A stretch of 64,000 nucleotides of DNA, taken from positions 58,424 to 122,423 of the forward strand of contig JANXTS010000016.1 in NCBI GenBank assembly GCA_025352265.1. The letters are read 5' to 3'. The position numbers and the translations under genes were made by a program. This DNA is from Variovorax sp. GTDB taxonomy: Bacteria > Pseudomonadota > Gammaproteobacteria > Burkholderiales > Burkholderiaceae_C. Position 1 is the stretch's first letter. Every line of letters begins with the position of its first letter. The notes below the pieces were generated by a model that worked only from the letters and a program-made list of their open reading frames with translations, searched no databases and was not told where the DNA came from. This document shows, piece by piece, positions 22,994 to 32,016 of this stretch.

Positions 22994-24076
22994 ATGCTCA
23001 TCCGAATATTCTCTGGCGACTTTCCGCGCAGCCGCTTGCTCACCGCGCTGCTGATCCTGATCGTGCTGTACCTGGCCAGCGCACCGTTCCTGTTCTCGGG
23101 CGCGAGGTCGCTCAACGTGGCTGCGACCATCTGCGTGTTCGTGGTGCTGGTCGCCTCTTTCGATTTGCTGCTCGGCTGTTGTGGCGTGGTGTCGTTCGCC
23201 CATGCGATGTTCTATGGCATCGGCGCCTACGGCATCGCCATCGCGATGTACAAGCTGGGCCCGACCTGGGGCGCGATGGCGATTGGTGCCGTATCGGCGC
23301 TCGGCGTGTCGGTGTCGCTGTCGTTCCTGATCGCGCTGATCTCGCTGCGGGTCAAGGCGATCTTCTACACGATGATGACGCTGGCCGTGGGCGCTGCCTT
23401 CGGCGCGCTGGTGACGCGTCTCGGCAACCTCACGGGTGGCGACGACGGCCGCACCTTCAAGCTTCCGGAGTTGTTGACACCAGCCTTTCGACTGTTCGAG
23501 AACGATGTCTTCGGCACCACCGTCAACGGCAAGGTGCTGACCTACTACCTCATCTTTGTCGCGTCGGCGCTGTTGTTCCTGTTGATGCTGCGGGTCGTCA
23601 ATTCGCGCTTTGGCCGTGTGCTCGAAGCGATCCGCGAGAACGAGTTCCGCGCCGAAGCCATCGGTTACCGCACGCTGTTCTATCGCGTGGCGATCAATTG
23701 CCTGTCGGCCGCACTGGCGACCTGCGCCGGCATCCTGATGGCGCTCTGGTTGCGCTATGTCGGGCCGCAGACGACCGTCGGCTTCAACGTGATGCTGAAC
23801 ATCCTGCTGATGGCCGTGATCGGCGGGCTGGGCACGGTGTATGGGTCGGTCGTCGGGGTCGCGTTGTTCGTCGTGGCCGAGAACTATCTGCAGAGCCTGA
23901 TGGGTGGCGTGAGCACGTCGCTGGTGTCGGTACCGCTACTTGCCAAGCTCTTTCATCCCGACCGCTGGCTGCTGTGGTTCGGCACTGTCTTCGTGCTGTC
24001 GGTCTACTTCTTTCCGAGCGGCATCGTCGGCAAGTTGCGCTCGACTACCGGTTCGGCCAACAAGGAAGTCCTTTGA
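22994..24076 (+). CDS. ABC transporter permease (LivM family)
   Basis: 360 aa polytopic membrane protein with VSFAHAMFYGIGAY motif. Confidence 0.85.
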   Translation: MLIRIFSGDFPRSRLLTALLILIVLYLASAPFLFSGARSLNVAATICVFVVLVASFDLLLGCCGVVSFAHAMFYGIGAYGIAIAMYKLGPTWGAMAIGAVSALGVSVSLSFLIALISLRVKAIFYTMMTLAVGAAFGALVTRLGNLTGGDDGRTFKLPELLTPAFRLFENDVFGTTVNGKVLTYYLIFVASALLFLLMLRVVNSRFGRVLEAIRENEFRAEAIGYRTLFYRVAINCLSAALATCAGILMALWLRYVGPQTTVGFNVMLNILLMAVIGGLGTVYGSVVGVALFVVAENYLQSLMGGVSTSLVSVPLLAKLFHPDRWLLWFGTVFVLSVYFFPSGIVGKLRSTTGSANKEVL

Positions 24077-24843
24077 ACGAAGCGCCCGTCCTGGTCCGTG
24101 TCGAAGGCCATGTGCAGATCGTGACGATCAACCGGCCGCACGTACGCAACGCCATCAGCCTGGAGGTCGCGAAGGCGCTCGCCGCGGCCATGATCGAGCT
24201 CGATGCGCGGGACGACCTGCACGTATGCATCCTCACCGGCGCGGGCGGCAATTTCTGCTCTGGCATGGACCTGAAAGCCTTCGCTTACGAAGGCGTCGAG
24301 CCGGCGATCGAAGGCCGCGGTTTTGCCGGGCTGTGCGAGGCGCCACCAAAGAAGCCGTTGATCGCCGCGGTCGAGGGCCATGCGGTCGCGGGCGGTTTCG
24401 AGATCGTGCTGACTTGCGACCTGGTGGTGGCGAGTCGCAGCGCCAGCTTCGGCTTGCCCGAGGTCAAGCGCGGACTGGTCGCGTCGTCGGGCGGCTTGAT
24501 GCGTCTGCCGCACCGGCTGCCGGTCGGGCTCGCAATGGAGATGGCGCTCACCGGCGACCCGGTCACCGCGGTGCAAGCGCACGCATGGGGCCTGGTCAAC
24601 CGTCTGGTCGAGCCGGGCAGCGCACTCGATGCGGCATTGGCGCTGGCCGCACTGATTGACGCCAATGCGCCACTGGCCGTCGCGGGCAGCAAGGAGATCG
24701 TGATGGCTTCGCGCACCTGGAGCGACGGCGACATGTTCATGCACCAGCGGCTGTTGTCGCAAGCCGTCAACAAGTCGGCGGATGCGCGTGAAGGTGCTGC
24801 GGCATTTGCCGAGAAACGTGCAGCGGTCTGGCGGGGGCGTTAG
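24073..24843 (+). CDS. enoyl-CoA hydratase/isomerase family protein
   Basis: TTG at 24073 (AAGGAAG RBS 5 nt upstream; overlaps the upstream stop). Motifs VTINRPHVRNA, FCSGMDL, VEGHAVAGGFE, GLPEVKRGL, EGAAAFAEKR. Confidence 0.85.
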   Translation: MNEAPVLVRVEGHVQIVTINRPHVRNAISLEVAKALAAAMIELDARDDLHVCILTGAGGNFCSGMDLKAFAYEGVEPAIEGRGFAGLCEAPPKKPLIAAVEGHAVAGGFEIVLTCDLVVASRSASFGLPEVKRGLVASSGGLMRLPHRLPVGLAMEMALTGDPVTAVQAHAWGLVNRLVEPGSALDAALALAALIDANAPLAVAGSKEIVMASRTWSDGDMFMHQRLLSQAVNKSADAREGAAAFAEKRAAVWRGR

Positions 24844-24875
24844 CATTTCAGCGACACCACCTGAAAGCCGCCGAC

Positions 24876-26102
24876 ATGACAAACACCGCATCGCCCGAAT
24901 CGTTGGGCATGTGCTCGAAGCGCCTGGCCCGCATCGACAAGTTCCTGGCCGACCAGTATGTGACGCCCGGCAAGCTGCCGTGTGCCTTGCTGCAGGTTGC
25001 GCGCGGCGGTCAGCTGGTGCATCAATCGGTGCTGGGGCACGCCTCGCTCGAAGGCGGCACGCCGCTGCGTGAAGACAGCATCGTGCGCATCTATTCCATG
25101 ACCAAGCCGGTCACGAGCGTCGCCTTCATGATGCTGGTGGAGGCGGGCTTGGTGGCGCTGGACGATCCGGTGCACCGCTTCATTCCGGCATGGCGCGACC
25201 TGGGCGTCTATCAATCGGGGCTGCCGGGCAATTTCCAGACGAGACCGACGGCTGCGCCGATGCGCATGGTCGATCTGCTGCGGCACACGTCCGGCCTCAC
25301 CTACGGCTTTCAGATGCGCACGAGCGTCGACGCCGCCTACCGCCGCGGCAGGGTCGAGCCCTTCGAGCAGGCTGAAGGGCTGGATGGATTTATCGACCAG
25401 TTGTCTCAGCTGCCGCTGGAATTTTCTCCGGGCTCGGCGTGGAACTATTCAGTCGCCACCGATGTGCTGGGCTACCTGATCGGGAAGATCTCCGGCGTCC
25501 CGTTCGACGAGTTTTTACGTCAGCGCATCTTCGAGCCACTCGGGATGGTGGACACGGCTTTCCACGTCGGAGAAGACAAGGCCGCGCGTCTCGCCCAGTG
25601 CTACGTGAAGTCTTCTGCGGGTGCGCTGGTGCCAGCACCCGGCCGCACCTTCCGCGAGCCTCCCGCAGCGCCTTCAGGCGGCGGCGGACTGGTCTCGACT
25701 GCGCGCGACTACATGCGCTTTTGCGAGATGCTGCGCCAGGGTGGTGCCTTGGGTGACGTGCGCCTGCTGGGCCCGAAGACGTTGCGACTGATGCGCTCCA
25801 ACCATCTGCCCGGGGGCCGAGAACTGGCCGACATGGCGGTCTCGATGTTTTCCGAGGCCACCTACGCCGGCGTGGGATTCGGACTGGGCTTTGCGATGAC
25901 AACCGACGTGGCAAAAACCGGGCTGGCCGGCTCGGTCGGTGAGTACTGGTGGGGTGGACTGGCTTCGACGGCTTTCTGGATCGACCCGGTGGAAGACCTC
26001 TGCGTCGTATTCCTCACGCAACTGATTCCGTCCAGCCTGTATCCGATTCGGCGCGAATTGCGCACCATGATCAATGCCGCCGTCATCGACTCCAGGGCTT
26101 GA
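24876..26102 (+). CDS. serine hydrolase, beta-lactamase/esterase (class C / EstB-like) family
   Basis: 408 aa. SxxK nucleophile motif YSMTKPVTS. Overall family pattern (GGGLVSTARDY, WGGLASTAFWIDP). Confidence 0.85.
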   Translation: MTNTASPESLGMCSKRLARIDKFLADQYVTPGKLPCALLQVARGGQLVHQSVLGHASLEGGTPLREDSIVRIYSMTKPVTSVAFMMLVEAGLVALDDPVHRFIPAWRDLGVYQSGLPGNFQTRPTAAPMRMVDLLRHTSGLTYGFQMRTSVDAAYRRGRVEPFEQAEGLDGFIDQLSQLPLEFSPGSAWNYSVATDVLGYLIGKISGVPFDEFLRQRIFEPLGMVDTAFHVGEDKAARLAQCYVKSSAGALVPAPGRTFREPPAAPSGGGGLVSTARDYMRFCEMLRQGGALGDVRLLGPKTLRLMRSNHLPGGRELADMAVSMFSEATYAGVGFGLGFAMTTDVAKTGLAGSVGEYWWGGLASTAFWIDPVEDLCVVFLTQLIPSSLYPIRRELRTMINAAVIDSRA

Positions 26103-26114
26103 AACGAAGACGAC

Positions 26115-26885
26115 TTACGCCAACGAGAACGCGGTCATGCGCGGCAGGGTGCGTTCGCCGGTTTTCTGCAAGTGCTTGCGGGTGCGCGCCTCGGCCTTGG
26201 CCTGGTCGCCTTCCAGAATCGCCGTGGTGATGGCGCGGTATTCGGCCACCATCGATCGCAGGTCGGTGGTGGTGAGGGAGTGATAGAACTGCGCCCGAAA
26301 AAGATGGGCGCGTGCTTGCGGCAGCACGCGATTCAGCTCGCCGCTGTTGGCAATGTCGAACATGACCTTGTAGTAGTTGGCGCGCTCGTCGAGCACCCGG
26401 TCGAGCGCCTCCGGCGTGTTGGCCTCGATAAGTTTTTGCGCCGCCGCCTCGAAGCGCTTGGCGTTGTTGCCGATCTGGATGTTGGCGGCGGCCAGGCGCG
26501 CAGCCAGGCCGGTGAGCACTTCGAGCACGCCCAGCAGGCTGGCTGCATCTTCGCGGTCTAGCGAGCGGATCACGGCACCGCGGTGCGGCGTGAGGTCGAC
26601 CACCCCGCTCGACGCCAGGATGCGCAAGGCCTCGCGCACCGTGCTGCGGCTTACGCCGAGATCGCGCGTGAGGTCAGCCTCGACCAGTCGCTGCCCGACG
26701 GTAAAGCGGCGCATCAGGATGCCTTTGCTGATGGCGTCTGCCACGCGGTCGGGCGTGCTGCGCGGATGCCGGGCAGCGATTGGCGTTGGCGCTTTGACGG
26801 CCTTCGCTGCCGCTGCTGTCTTTGCCGCCTTGACGATTTTCGCTGCGCCCGCGCGGGTTGCTGTGGCTGTTGGGGTGTCGTTCAT
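26115..26885 (-). CDS. GntR family transcriptional regulator (FadR/FCD-type C-domain) with Ala/Lys-rich N-terminal tail
   Basis: ATG at 26885 inside track ORF 26115..27008. wHTH LVEADLTRDLGVSRSTVREALRILASSG, helical FCD-like C-domain, and an N-terminal AAKIVKAAKTAAAAKAVKAP stretch. Confidence 0.85.
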   Translation of the reverse strand: MNDTPTATATRAGAAKIVKAAKTAAAAKAVKAPTPIAARHPRSTPDRVADAISKGILMRRFTVGQRLVEADLTRDLGVSRSTVREALRILASSGVVDLTPHRGAVIRSLDREDAASLLGVLEVLTGLAARLAAANIQIGNNAKRFEAAAQKLIEANTPEALDRVLDERANYYKVMFDIANSGELNRVLPQARAHLFRAQFYHSLTTTDLRSMVAEYRAITTAILEGDQAKAEARTRKHLQKTGERTLPRMTAFSLA

Positions 26886-26997
26886 TCGGGCTCGCGCAGT
26901 GCTAAAAGTTGGATCCAGGCCGGCAGCGGCAGATTTCAGAAGATGGCGTCTGTCGCGTCTGCTCCGCCATGGGGAGTCAAAGCGCTCAGCACACTTA

Positions 26998-27034
26998 TTG
27001 TCTGGCAATATTTACAGACAGGTGTGCCAGACGG
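26998..27034. promoter_or_regulatory. nested inverted repeats in divergent GntR/crotonase promoter region (candidate operator)
   Basis: GTCTGGCA (27000-27007) and TGCCAGAC (27025-27032) form a perfect 8-bp inverted repeat. An inner pair TGTCTG (26999-27004) / CAGACA (27015-27020) flanks the AT-rich spacer gcaatattta. Confidence 0.4.
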
Positions 27035-27216
27035 AATCAGGTTCAACCCTGTCGGGACTGGTGATGAATTCGGCGTCGCGGGTCGGTCATCCGTGTTTCC
27101 CCGGGGGCGCCAGGACAGAGTGGCAGCGTGTCGACACAAGACTGAGCATCGGGTGCTGCCTACGCTCCAATGACGTTGCAACATGCCGCCCACGCGGCGA
27201 TTCGAAAGGCGTCCGA

Positions 27217-28008
27217 ATGTCTTCTGCCGTGCTTCTGGACCGTCGCGACGGCATCGCCTTCCTCACGCTGAACCGGCCCGATCGCGCCAACGTGCTCGAC
27301 CTGGAAATGTCGGCGGCGCTCATCGCTGCCGTCGACGCGCTGGTCGACGATCAGTCGCTGCGCGCGGTGCTGCTGCAGGCGCGGGGCAGGCACTTTTGCG
27401 CTGGCGGCGACATCGGGGATTTCGTCGACTCGATCGACGATCTCGGAGGTCTGCTCGACATCCACATCCCGCCGCTGCACCGCACGATGCTTCGGCTGGC
27501 AACCTTGCCGGTGCCGGTTGTGAGCGCTCTGAACGGGCCCATTGGTGGTGGTGGAATCGGCCTCGCGCTGTGTGCCGACATCGTGCTGGCGGCCGAGTCG
27601 ATGAAGCTGCGCGGTGGCTATTCGGCCATCGGCCTCACGCCCGATGTCGGCTCGTCGTGGTTCTTGGCGCGACGCGCGGGGGAAGCGCGCGCCAAGGAAA
27701 TTCTCTTCACCAACGAGCCGCTGTCGGCGCAGCAGTGCCTGCAGTTCGGCATCGTGTCGCATGTGCTGCCCGACGGCGAGCTGGAGGCGCACGCCACGGC
27801 GCTCGTCACGTCCCTCGCACGGGGTGCGACCGGCTCGATGGCACGCATCAAGGCGCTGGTCGACGGCGCCTCGCAGCGCACGCTGGCGCAGTAGCTCGAC
27901 CTCGAACATCGCTACATGGTTGAGTCGGGCCGTACTGCCGACGCGATCGAGGGCGTGACGGCTTTTTCCGAGAAACGGGCATCGGTCTTCGGCCGCAAGC
28001 CCGTCTGA
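27217..28008 (+). pseudogene. enoyl-CoA hydratase family gene interrupted by an in-frame TAG (27892-27894)
   Basis: ATG at 27217. Motifs LTLNRPDRANVLD, FCAGGDI, LNGPIGGGG. After TAG the same frame continues LDLEHRYMVESGRTADAIEGVTAFSEKRASVFGRKPV and stops at TGA 28006-28008. That stretch is the conserved crotonase C-terminus. Confidence 0.8.
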
Positions 28009-28032
28009 TTCATTCCAACCAAGGAGATATCG

Positions 28033-29211
28033 ATGTTGCTTCGTAGAACACTCATTGCGACGGCACTGCTGTGCGCTTTCACCCTGGCCGGCGCGCAAAG
28101 CAAAGGCGTGACCGACGCCGAGCTGGTGCTCGGCCTCATCACCGACCTGTCAGGGCCGGTGGCCAACTATGGCAAGGAGTCGCGCAACGGCATGAACATG
28201 GCTGTGGACGAGATCAATGCCAAGGGCGGCATCCAGGGCCGCAAGATCAAGCTGCTGGTGGAAGACAACGGCTACGAGCCCAAGCGCGCCGTGCTGGCCG
28301 CGCAAAAGCTCGTCACGCAGGACGGCGCCTTCGCGATCCTCGGTCACCTCGGCACCGCGACCAATATGGCGGCGCTGCCGTTCCTGATCGAGAACAAGGT
28401 GTTCAACTTCATGCCGCAAGGTGCATCGAGCGGACTCTACGATCCGCCGAGCCAGTACAAGGTCGCGCTGGCGCCGTCGTACTTTTCGATGTCGGCTTCG
28501 ACCATCGACTACATGATGAAGAAGAAGGCGTACAAGCGCGTCGGCGTTATCTACCAGGACGACGACTACGGCCGCGAAGCTTTCGAAGGCGTCGAGGCTT
28601 ACCTTAAAGCCAAGGGGACGCCGCTGGTCGAAAAGACTTCATACAAGCGCGGGGCGACTGACTTCTCTTCCCAGATGGCCAAGCTGAAGGCAGCGGACTG
28701 CGATCTGGTGTTCAACGCGTCGACGCTGCGCGAATTCATCGGCTCGGTCGGCGAGGCCCGCAAGATCGGCTTCAACCCCGACTTTCTCGGCACCGCTGCC
28801 AACTACTCGCAGCAGGTGCCGCTGCTCGGCGGCGCGGCGATGGAGGGCGTGTACGGCGCGACCTTCATCGCGCTGCCCTATGCGGACGACCCGAACCCTG
28901 CAGTGCGCGACTGGTTCGCCGCCTACAAGAAGCGCTTCAACGAAGACCCAGGCCTGTACTCGATGTACGCGTACTACGCGATGACGACTTTTGCAAAGGC
29001 CGCCGACAAGGCCGGCAAGAACCTGACGCCGGAGACATTCAACACCGCGTTGGAAGCCACTAAACTTGGCACCGACGCGCTCGGCAACCCGGGCTTCAAC
29101 GTGTCGAAAGACAACCGGCTGAGCAACCAGAAAGTGCGCGTCACGCAGTTGGTCAAGGGCAAGTGGAATCTGGTGAGCGAGTTCCTGGAACCGGTGGTCG
29201 TGCCGAAGTAA
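28033..29211 (+). CDS. ABC transporter substrate-binding protein (LivK family), orphan
   Basis: 392 aa. Signal peptide MLLRRTLIATALLCAFTLAGAQS. AAGGAGA RBS. No adjacent permease or ATPase genes. Confidence 0.88.
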   Translation: MLLRRTLIATALLCAFTLAGAQSKGVTDAELVLGLITDLSGPVANYGKESRNGMNMAVDEINAKGGIQGRKIKLLVEDNGYEPKRAVLAAQKLVTQDGAFAILGHLGTATNMAALPFLIENKVFNFMPQGASSGLYDPPSQYKVALAPSYFSMSASTIDYMMKKKAYKRVGVIYQDDDYGREAFEGVEAYLKAKGTPLVEKTSYKRGATDFSSQMAKLKAADCDLVFNASTLREFIGSVGEARKIGFNPDFLGTAANYSQQVPLLGGAAMEGVYGATFIALPYADDPNPAVRDWFAAYKKRFNEDPGLYSMYAYYAMTTFAKAADKAGKNLTPETFNTALEATKLGTDALGNPGFNVSKDNRLSNQKVRVTQLVKGKWNLVSEFLEPVVVPK

Positions 29212-29237
29212 GTTCCGTAGCCGAAGTAAAAGCGACC

Positions 29238-29273
29238 GGTCGACAGCGCTTCGGTCGACAGCGCATCGGTCGG
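29238..29273. repeat. 15-nt tandem direct repeat, 2.4 copies (GGTCGACAGCGC[T/A]TC)
   Basis: Read directly: 29238-29252, 29253-29267 (1 mismatch), partial copy 29268-29273. It lies between the binding-protein stop and the chrA start. Confidence 0.6.
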
Positions 29274-29415
29274 CTGGCACTGTGGTGCTGTCGTCTGCGT
29301 TGCTCGATGCCATTTGCCCGCGCTTCGCGCTGTGCTCCGGAGCAGCGACCGCCGGTCTTTCGCGACTGAGATAACGTTGGCTGGTGCGCAGGTCGCCCTG
29401 CACAATGCGGTCCAA

Positions 29416-30762
29416 ATGACCGATGAAACGTCTGCGCCACCATCACCACCTCCGCTGACTTTCCGCCAGGCCTTCTCTTACTGGTTGAAGCTCGGCTTCA
29501 TCAGCTTTGGCGGACCGGCGGGACAGATCGCACTGATGCACCAGGAACTGGTCGAGCGGCGTCGCTGGATTTCGGAGGGGCGCTTTTTGCACGCGCTTAA
29601 CTACTGCATGCTGCTGCCCGGGCCGGAGGCGCAGCAACTGGCCACCTACATGGGCTGGCTGATGCATCGCACGTGGGGTGGCGTCATCGCAGGCGGACTT
29701 TTTGTGCTGCCGTCTTTGTTCGTGCTCATCGGGCTGTCTTGGGTCTACATGGCCTTTGGTCATGTGCCGGCCATCGCCGGGGTGCTCTATGGCATCAAGC
29801 CCGCGGTGACCGCCATCGTCGTCTTCGCGGCGTACCGGATCGGCTCGCGTACGTTGAAGAACGCGTGGCTCTACGGCATCGCGCTCGCAGCGTTTGTCGC
29901 CATCTTCGCGTTCAACATGCCGTTCCCGCTGATCGTGCTGGCAGCTGCCGTGATCGGCTATATCGGTGGGCGGAGGGCGCCGGGCAAGTTTTCGAGCGGC
30001 GGTGGCCACGGGCAAGGCGCGGTTTCGTCGGCGCCGGCATGGATCGACGACGATACGCCTGTGCCGTCGCACGCCATCTTCAGTTGGTCGCGCATTCGAC
30101 GGGTCACTGCGGCATCGATCGGCTTGTGGGTTGCCGCTATCGGCGCGTTGACCGTGGCCTACGGATGGGATGCGGTGCTGACACAGATGGCGTGGTTCTT
30201 CACCAAGGCCGCACTGCTCACCTTCGGCGGTGCGTACGCCGTTCTTCCCTATGTTTACCAAGGCGCGGTCGAGACGCAGCACTGGTTGACGGCGTCGCAA
30301 ATGATCGACGGGCTGGCGCTGGGCGAAACCACGCCGGGCCCGCTCATCATGGTCGTGGCGTTCGTCGGATTCGTCGGCGGATGGAGCAAGGAGATCTTTG
30401 GTGCGGGTTCGCCGTTTCTGGCCGGTGCAGTGGCAGCGACGGTGGTCACGTTCTTTACTTTTTTGCCGTCGTTCTTTTTCATCTTCGTCGGCGCGCCTTT
30501 CATCGAGTCGACGCACGGAAAGATCAAGTTCACCGCGCCGCTCACCGCGATCACCGCGGCCGTGGTGGGCGTCATCGTGAACCTGGCTGTGTTCTTCGCG
30601 ATGCACGTACTGTGGCCCCTGGGGCTGGCGGGGCGCTTCGAATGGGCGGCGGCATCGATCGGCGTGCTGGCAGCGATTGCGCTCTTCCGGTTCAAGGTCG
30701 GTGTCATCAAGGTCATCGTGGCCGCCGGGCTGCTCGGCATGGGCTGGCAACTGATGCGCTGA
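29416..30762 (+). CDS. chrA: chromate ion transporter (CHR family, two-domain ChrA)
   Basis: ATG at 29416 inside track ORF 29314..30762. Motifs FISFGGPAGQIALMH and LLTFGGAYAVLPY (duplicated CHR domains). Polytopic. Confidence 0.88.
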   Translation: MTDETSAPPSPPPLTFRQAFSYWLKLGFISFGGPAGQIALMHQELVERRRWISEGRFLHALNYCMLLPGPEAQQLATYMGWLMHRTWGGVIAGGLFVLPSLFVLIGLSWVYMAFGHVPAIAGVLYGIKPAVTAIVVFAAYRIGSRTLKNAWLYGIALAAFVAIFAFNMPFPLIVLAAAVIGYIGGRRAPGKFSSGGGHGQGAVSSAPAWIDDDTPVPSHAIFSWSRIRRVTAASIGLWVAAIGALTVAYGWDAVLTQMAWFFTKAALLTFGGAYAVLPYVYQGAVETQHWLTASQMIDGLALGETTPGPLIMVVAFVGFVGGWSKEIFGAGSPFLAGAVAATVVTFFTFLPSFFFIFVGAPFIESTHGKIKFTAPLTAITAAVVGVIVNLAVFFAMHVLWPLGLAGRFEWAAASIGVLAAIALFRFKVGVIKVIVAAGLLGMGWQLMR

Positions 30763-30817
30763 GGCCCGCGTCTTGCGCCGGTCACCCCATTTGGTAGCGC
30801 CACGGATACCTGCTTGG

Positions 30818-30849
30818 TGTCGGACAAACCCTAGTTGATTGTCGGACAA
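30818..30849. promoter_or_regulatory. two copies of palindromic TGTCGGACAA, 22-bp period (candidate GntR-type operator pair)
   Basis: TGTCGGACAA at 30818-30827 and again at 30840-30849. The core TGT-CGG-ACA is a self-complementary GT-N3-AC palindrome. The second copy sits 38 nt upstream of the ATG at 30887. Confidence 0.45.
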
Positions 30850-30886
30850 TCTCTTCGTACCATTTTGGCATGCAAGGTCATGCGTA

Positions 30887-31942
30887 ATGAGTGGTTTTGG
30901 TGGCTTCGACGTCGCACGGCTCGAGCCCTGGATGCGCGAGCGCATCGACGGCTTTTGCGCGCCGCTGACGCTCAGTCGATTCAAAGGCGGGCAGTCCAAT
31001 CCCACCTATCTGGTCATCGACGCGACGGGCAACCGTTATGTTCTGCGAAAGAAGCCCGAGGGCGAGTTGTTGCCTTCGGCACATGCGGTCGACCGCGAAT
31101 TTCGTGTGATCGATGCGCTGCGTGGCACCGACGTGCCGGTTGCCGGCGCGCACGGCTATTGTGGCGACGCCGACGTCATCGGCACGCCGTTCTATGTCAT
31201 GGCCTTCGTCGATGGCCGCATCCTCTGGGACCCAGCGCTGCCGGGCCTGGCCAATGTCGAACGCACCGCAATCTACGACGACATGAACAGGGTGGTCGCC
31301 GCCTTGCACCGCGTCGACTACAAGGCGGTCGGCCTCGCGGACTATGGTCGATCCGGCAACTTTTTCGATCGCCAGATCGGCCGCTGGACAAAGCAATACA
31401 AGGCCGCCTCGGCCGACGATCCGATCCCCGCGATGGAGCGGCTCATCGAGTGGTTGCCGGCACATGTTCCACCGGGTGCGCAAGACGAGACGTGCATCTT
31501 TCACGGCGACCTGCGCATCGACAACATGATCTTTCACTCGACCGAGCCGCGTGTTCTGGCGGTTCTCGACTGGGAGCTGTCGACGCTCGGCCATCCGCTG
31601 GCGGACTTCGCGTACCACGTGCTGCCGTGGCGCCTCACAGCAGCTGAATTTCGTGGCATGGCCGGAACCGACTACGCAGCGCTTGGCATCCCCGATGAGG
31701 CCACCTACCTGATGACGTACTGCAAGCGTGTCGGTCGCGAGCCAATCGACCCGGCGCATTGGGAGTTCTACCTGACGTACAGCATGTTCCGGCTCGCCGC
31801 CATTCTTCATGGCATCTCCAAGCGTGCGCGCGATGGCACGGCTTCCAGCGCCGAAGCCATAGAAACGGGAGCGCGGGCACGGCCGATAGCCGAGGCGGCC
31901 TGGCGACAAGTCGAAGCGCACTTTTCGCGCGGCGAGCGCTAG
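30887..31942 (+). CDS. phosphotransferase (APH-like) family protein, ACAD10/11 N-domain type (paralog 2)
   Basis: ATG at 30887 aligns with the N-terminus of the paralog at 6494 (the track start at 30839 is TTG). Motifs [11 protein letters not shown] and [16 protein letters not shown]. Confidence 0.87.
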   Translation: MSGFGGFDVARLEPWMRERIDGFCAPLTLSRFKGGQSNPTYLVIDATGNRYVLRKKPEGELLPSAHAVDREFRVIDALRGTDVPVAGAHGYCGDADVIGTPFYVMAFVDGRILWDPALPGLANVERTAIYDDMNRVVAALHRVDYKAVGLADYGRSGNFFDRQIGRWTKQYKAASADDPIPAMERLIEWLPAHVPPGAQDETCIFHGDLRIDNMIFHSTEPRVLAVLDWELSTLGHPLADFAYHVLPWRLTAAEFRGMAGTDYAALGIPDEATYLMTYCKRVGREPIDPAHWEFYLTYSMFRLAAILHGISKRARDGTASSAEAIETGARARPIAEAAWRQVEAHFSRGER

Positions 31943-32016
31943 CGGCACGCGACAGAAAAAACGCAGCAGGTTCTTCAACCAACGTTGTTATTTGCAACAT
32001 CATCCGAAAGGTTCTC

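Noticed and set aside
29443-31005. 520-aa ORF on the - strand
   Set aside because: Antisense to chrA. Extremely Arg/Asp/His-rich. chrA on the + strand has duplicated CHR-domain motifs and membrane character.
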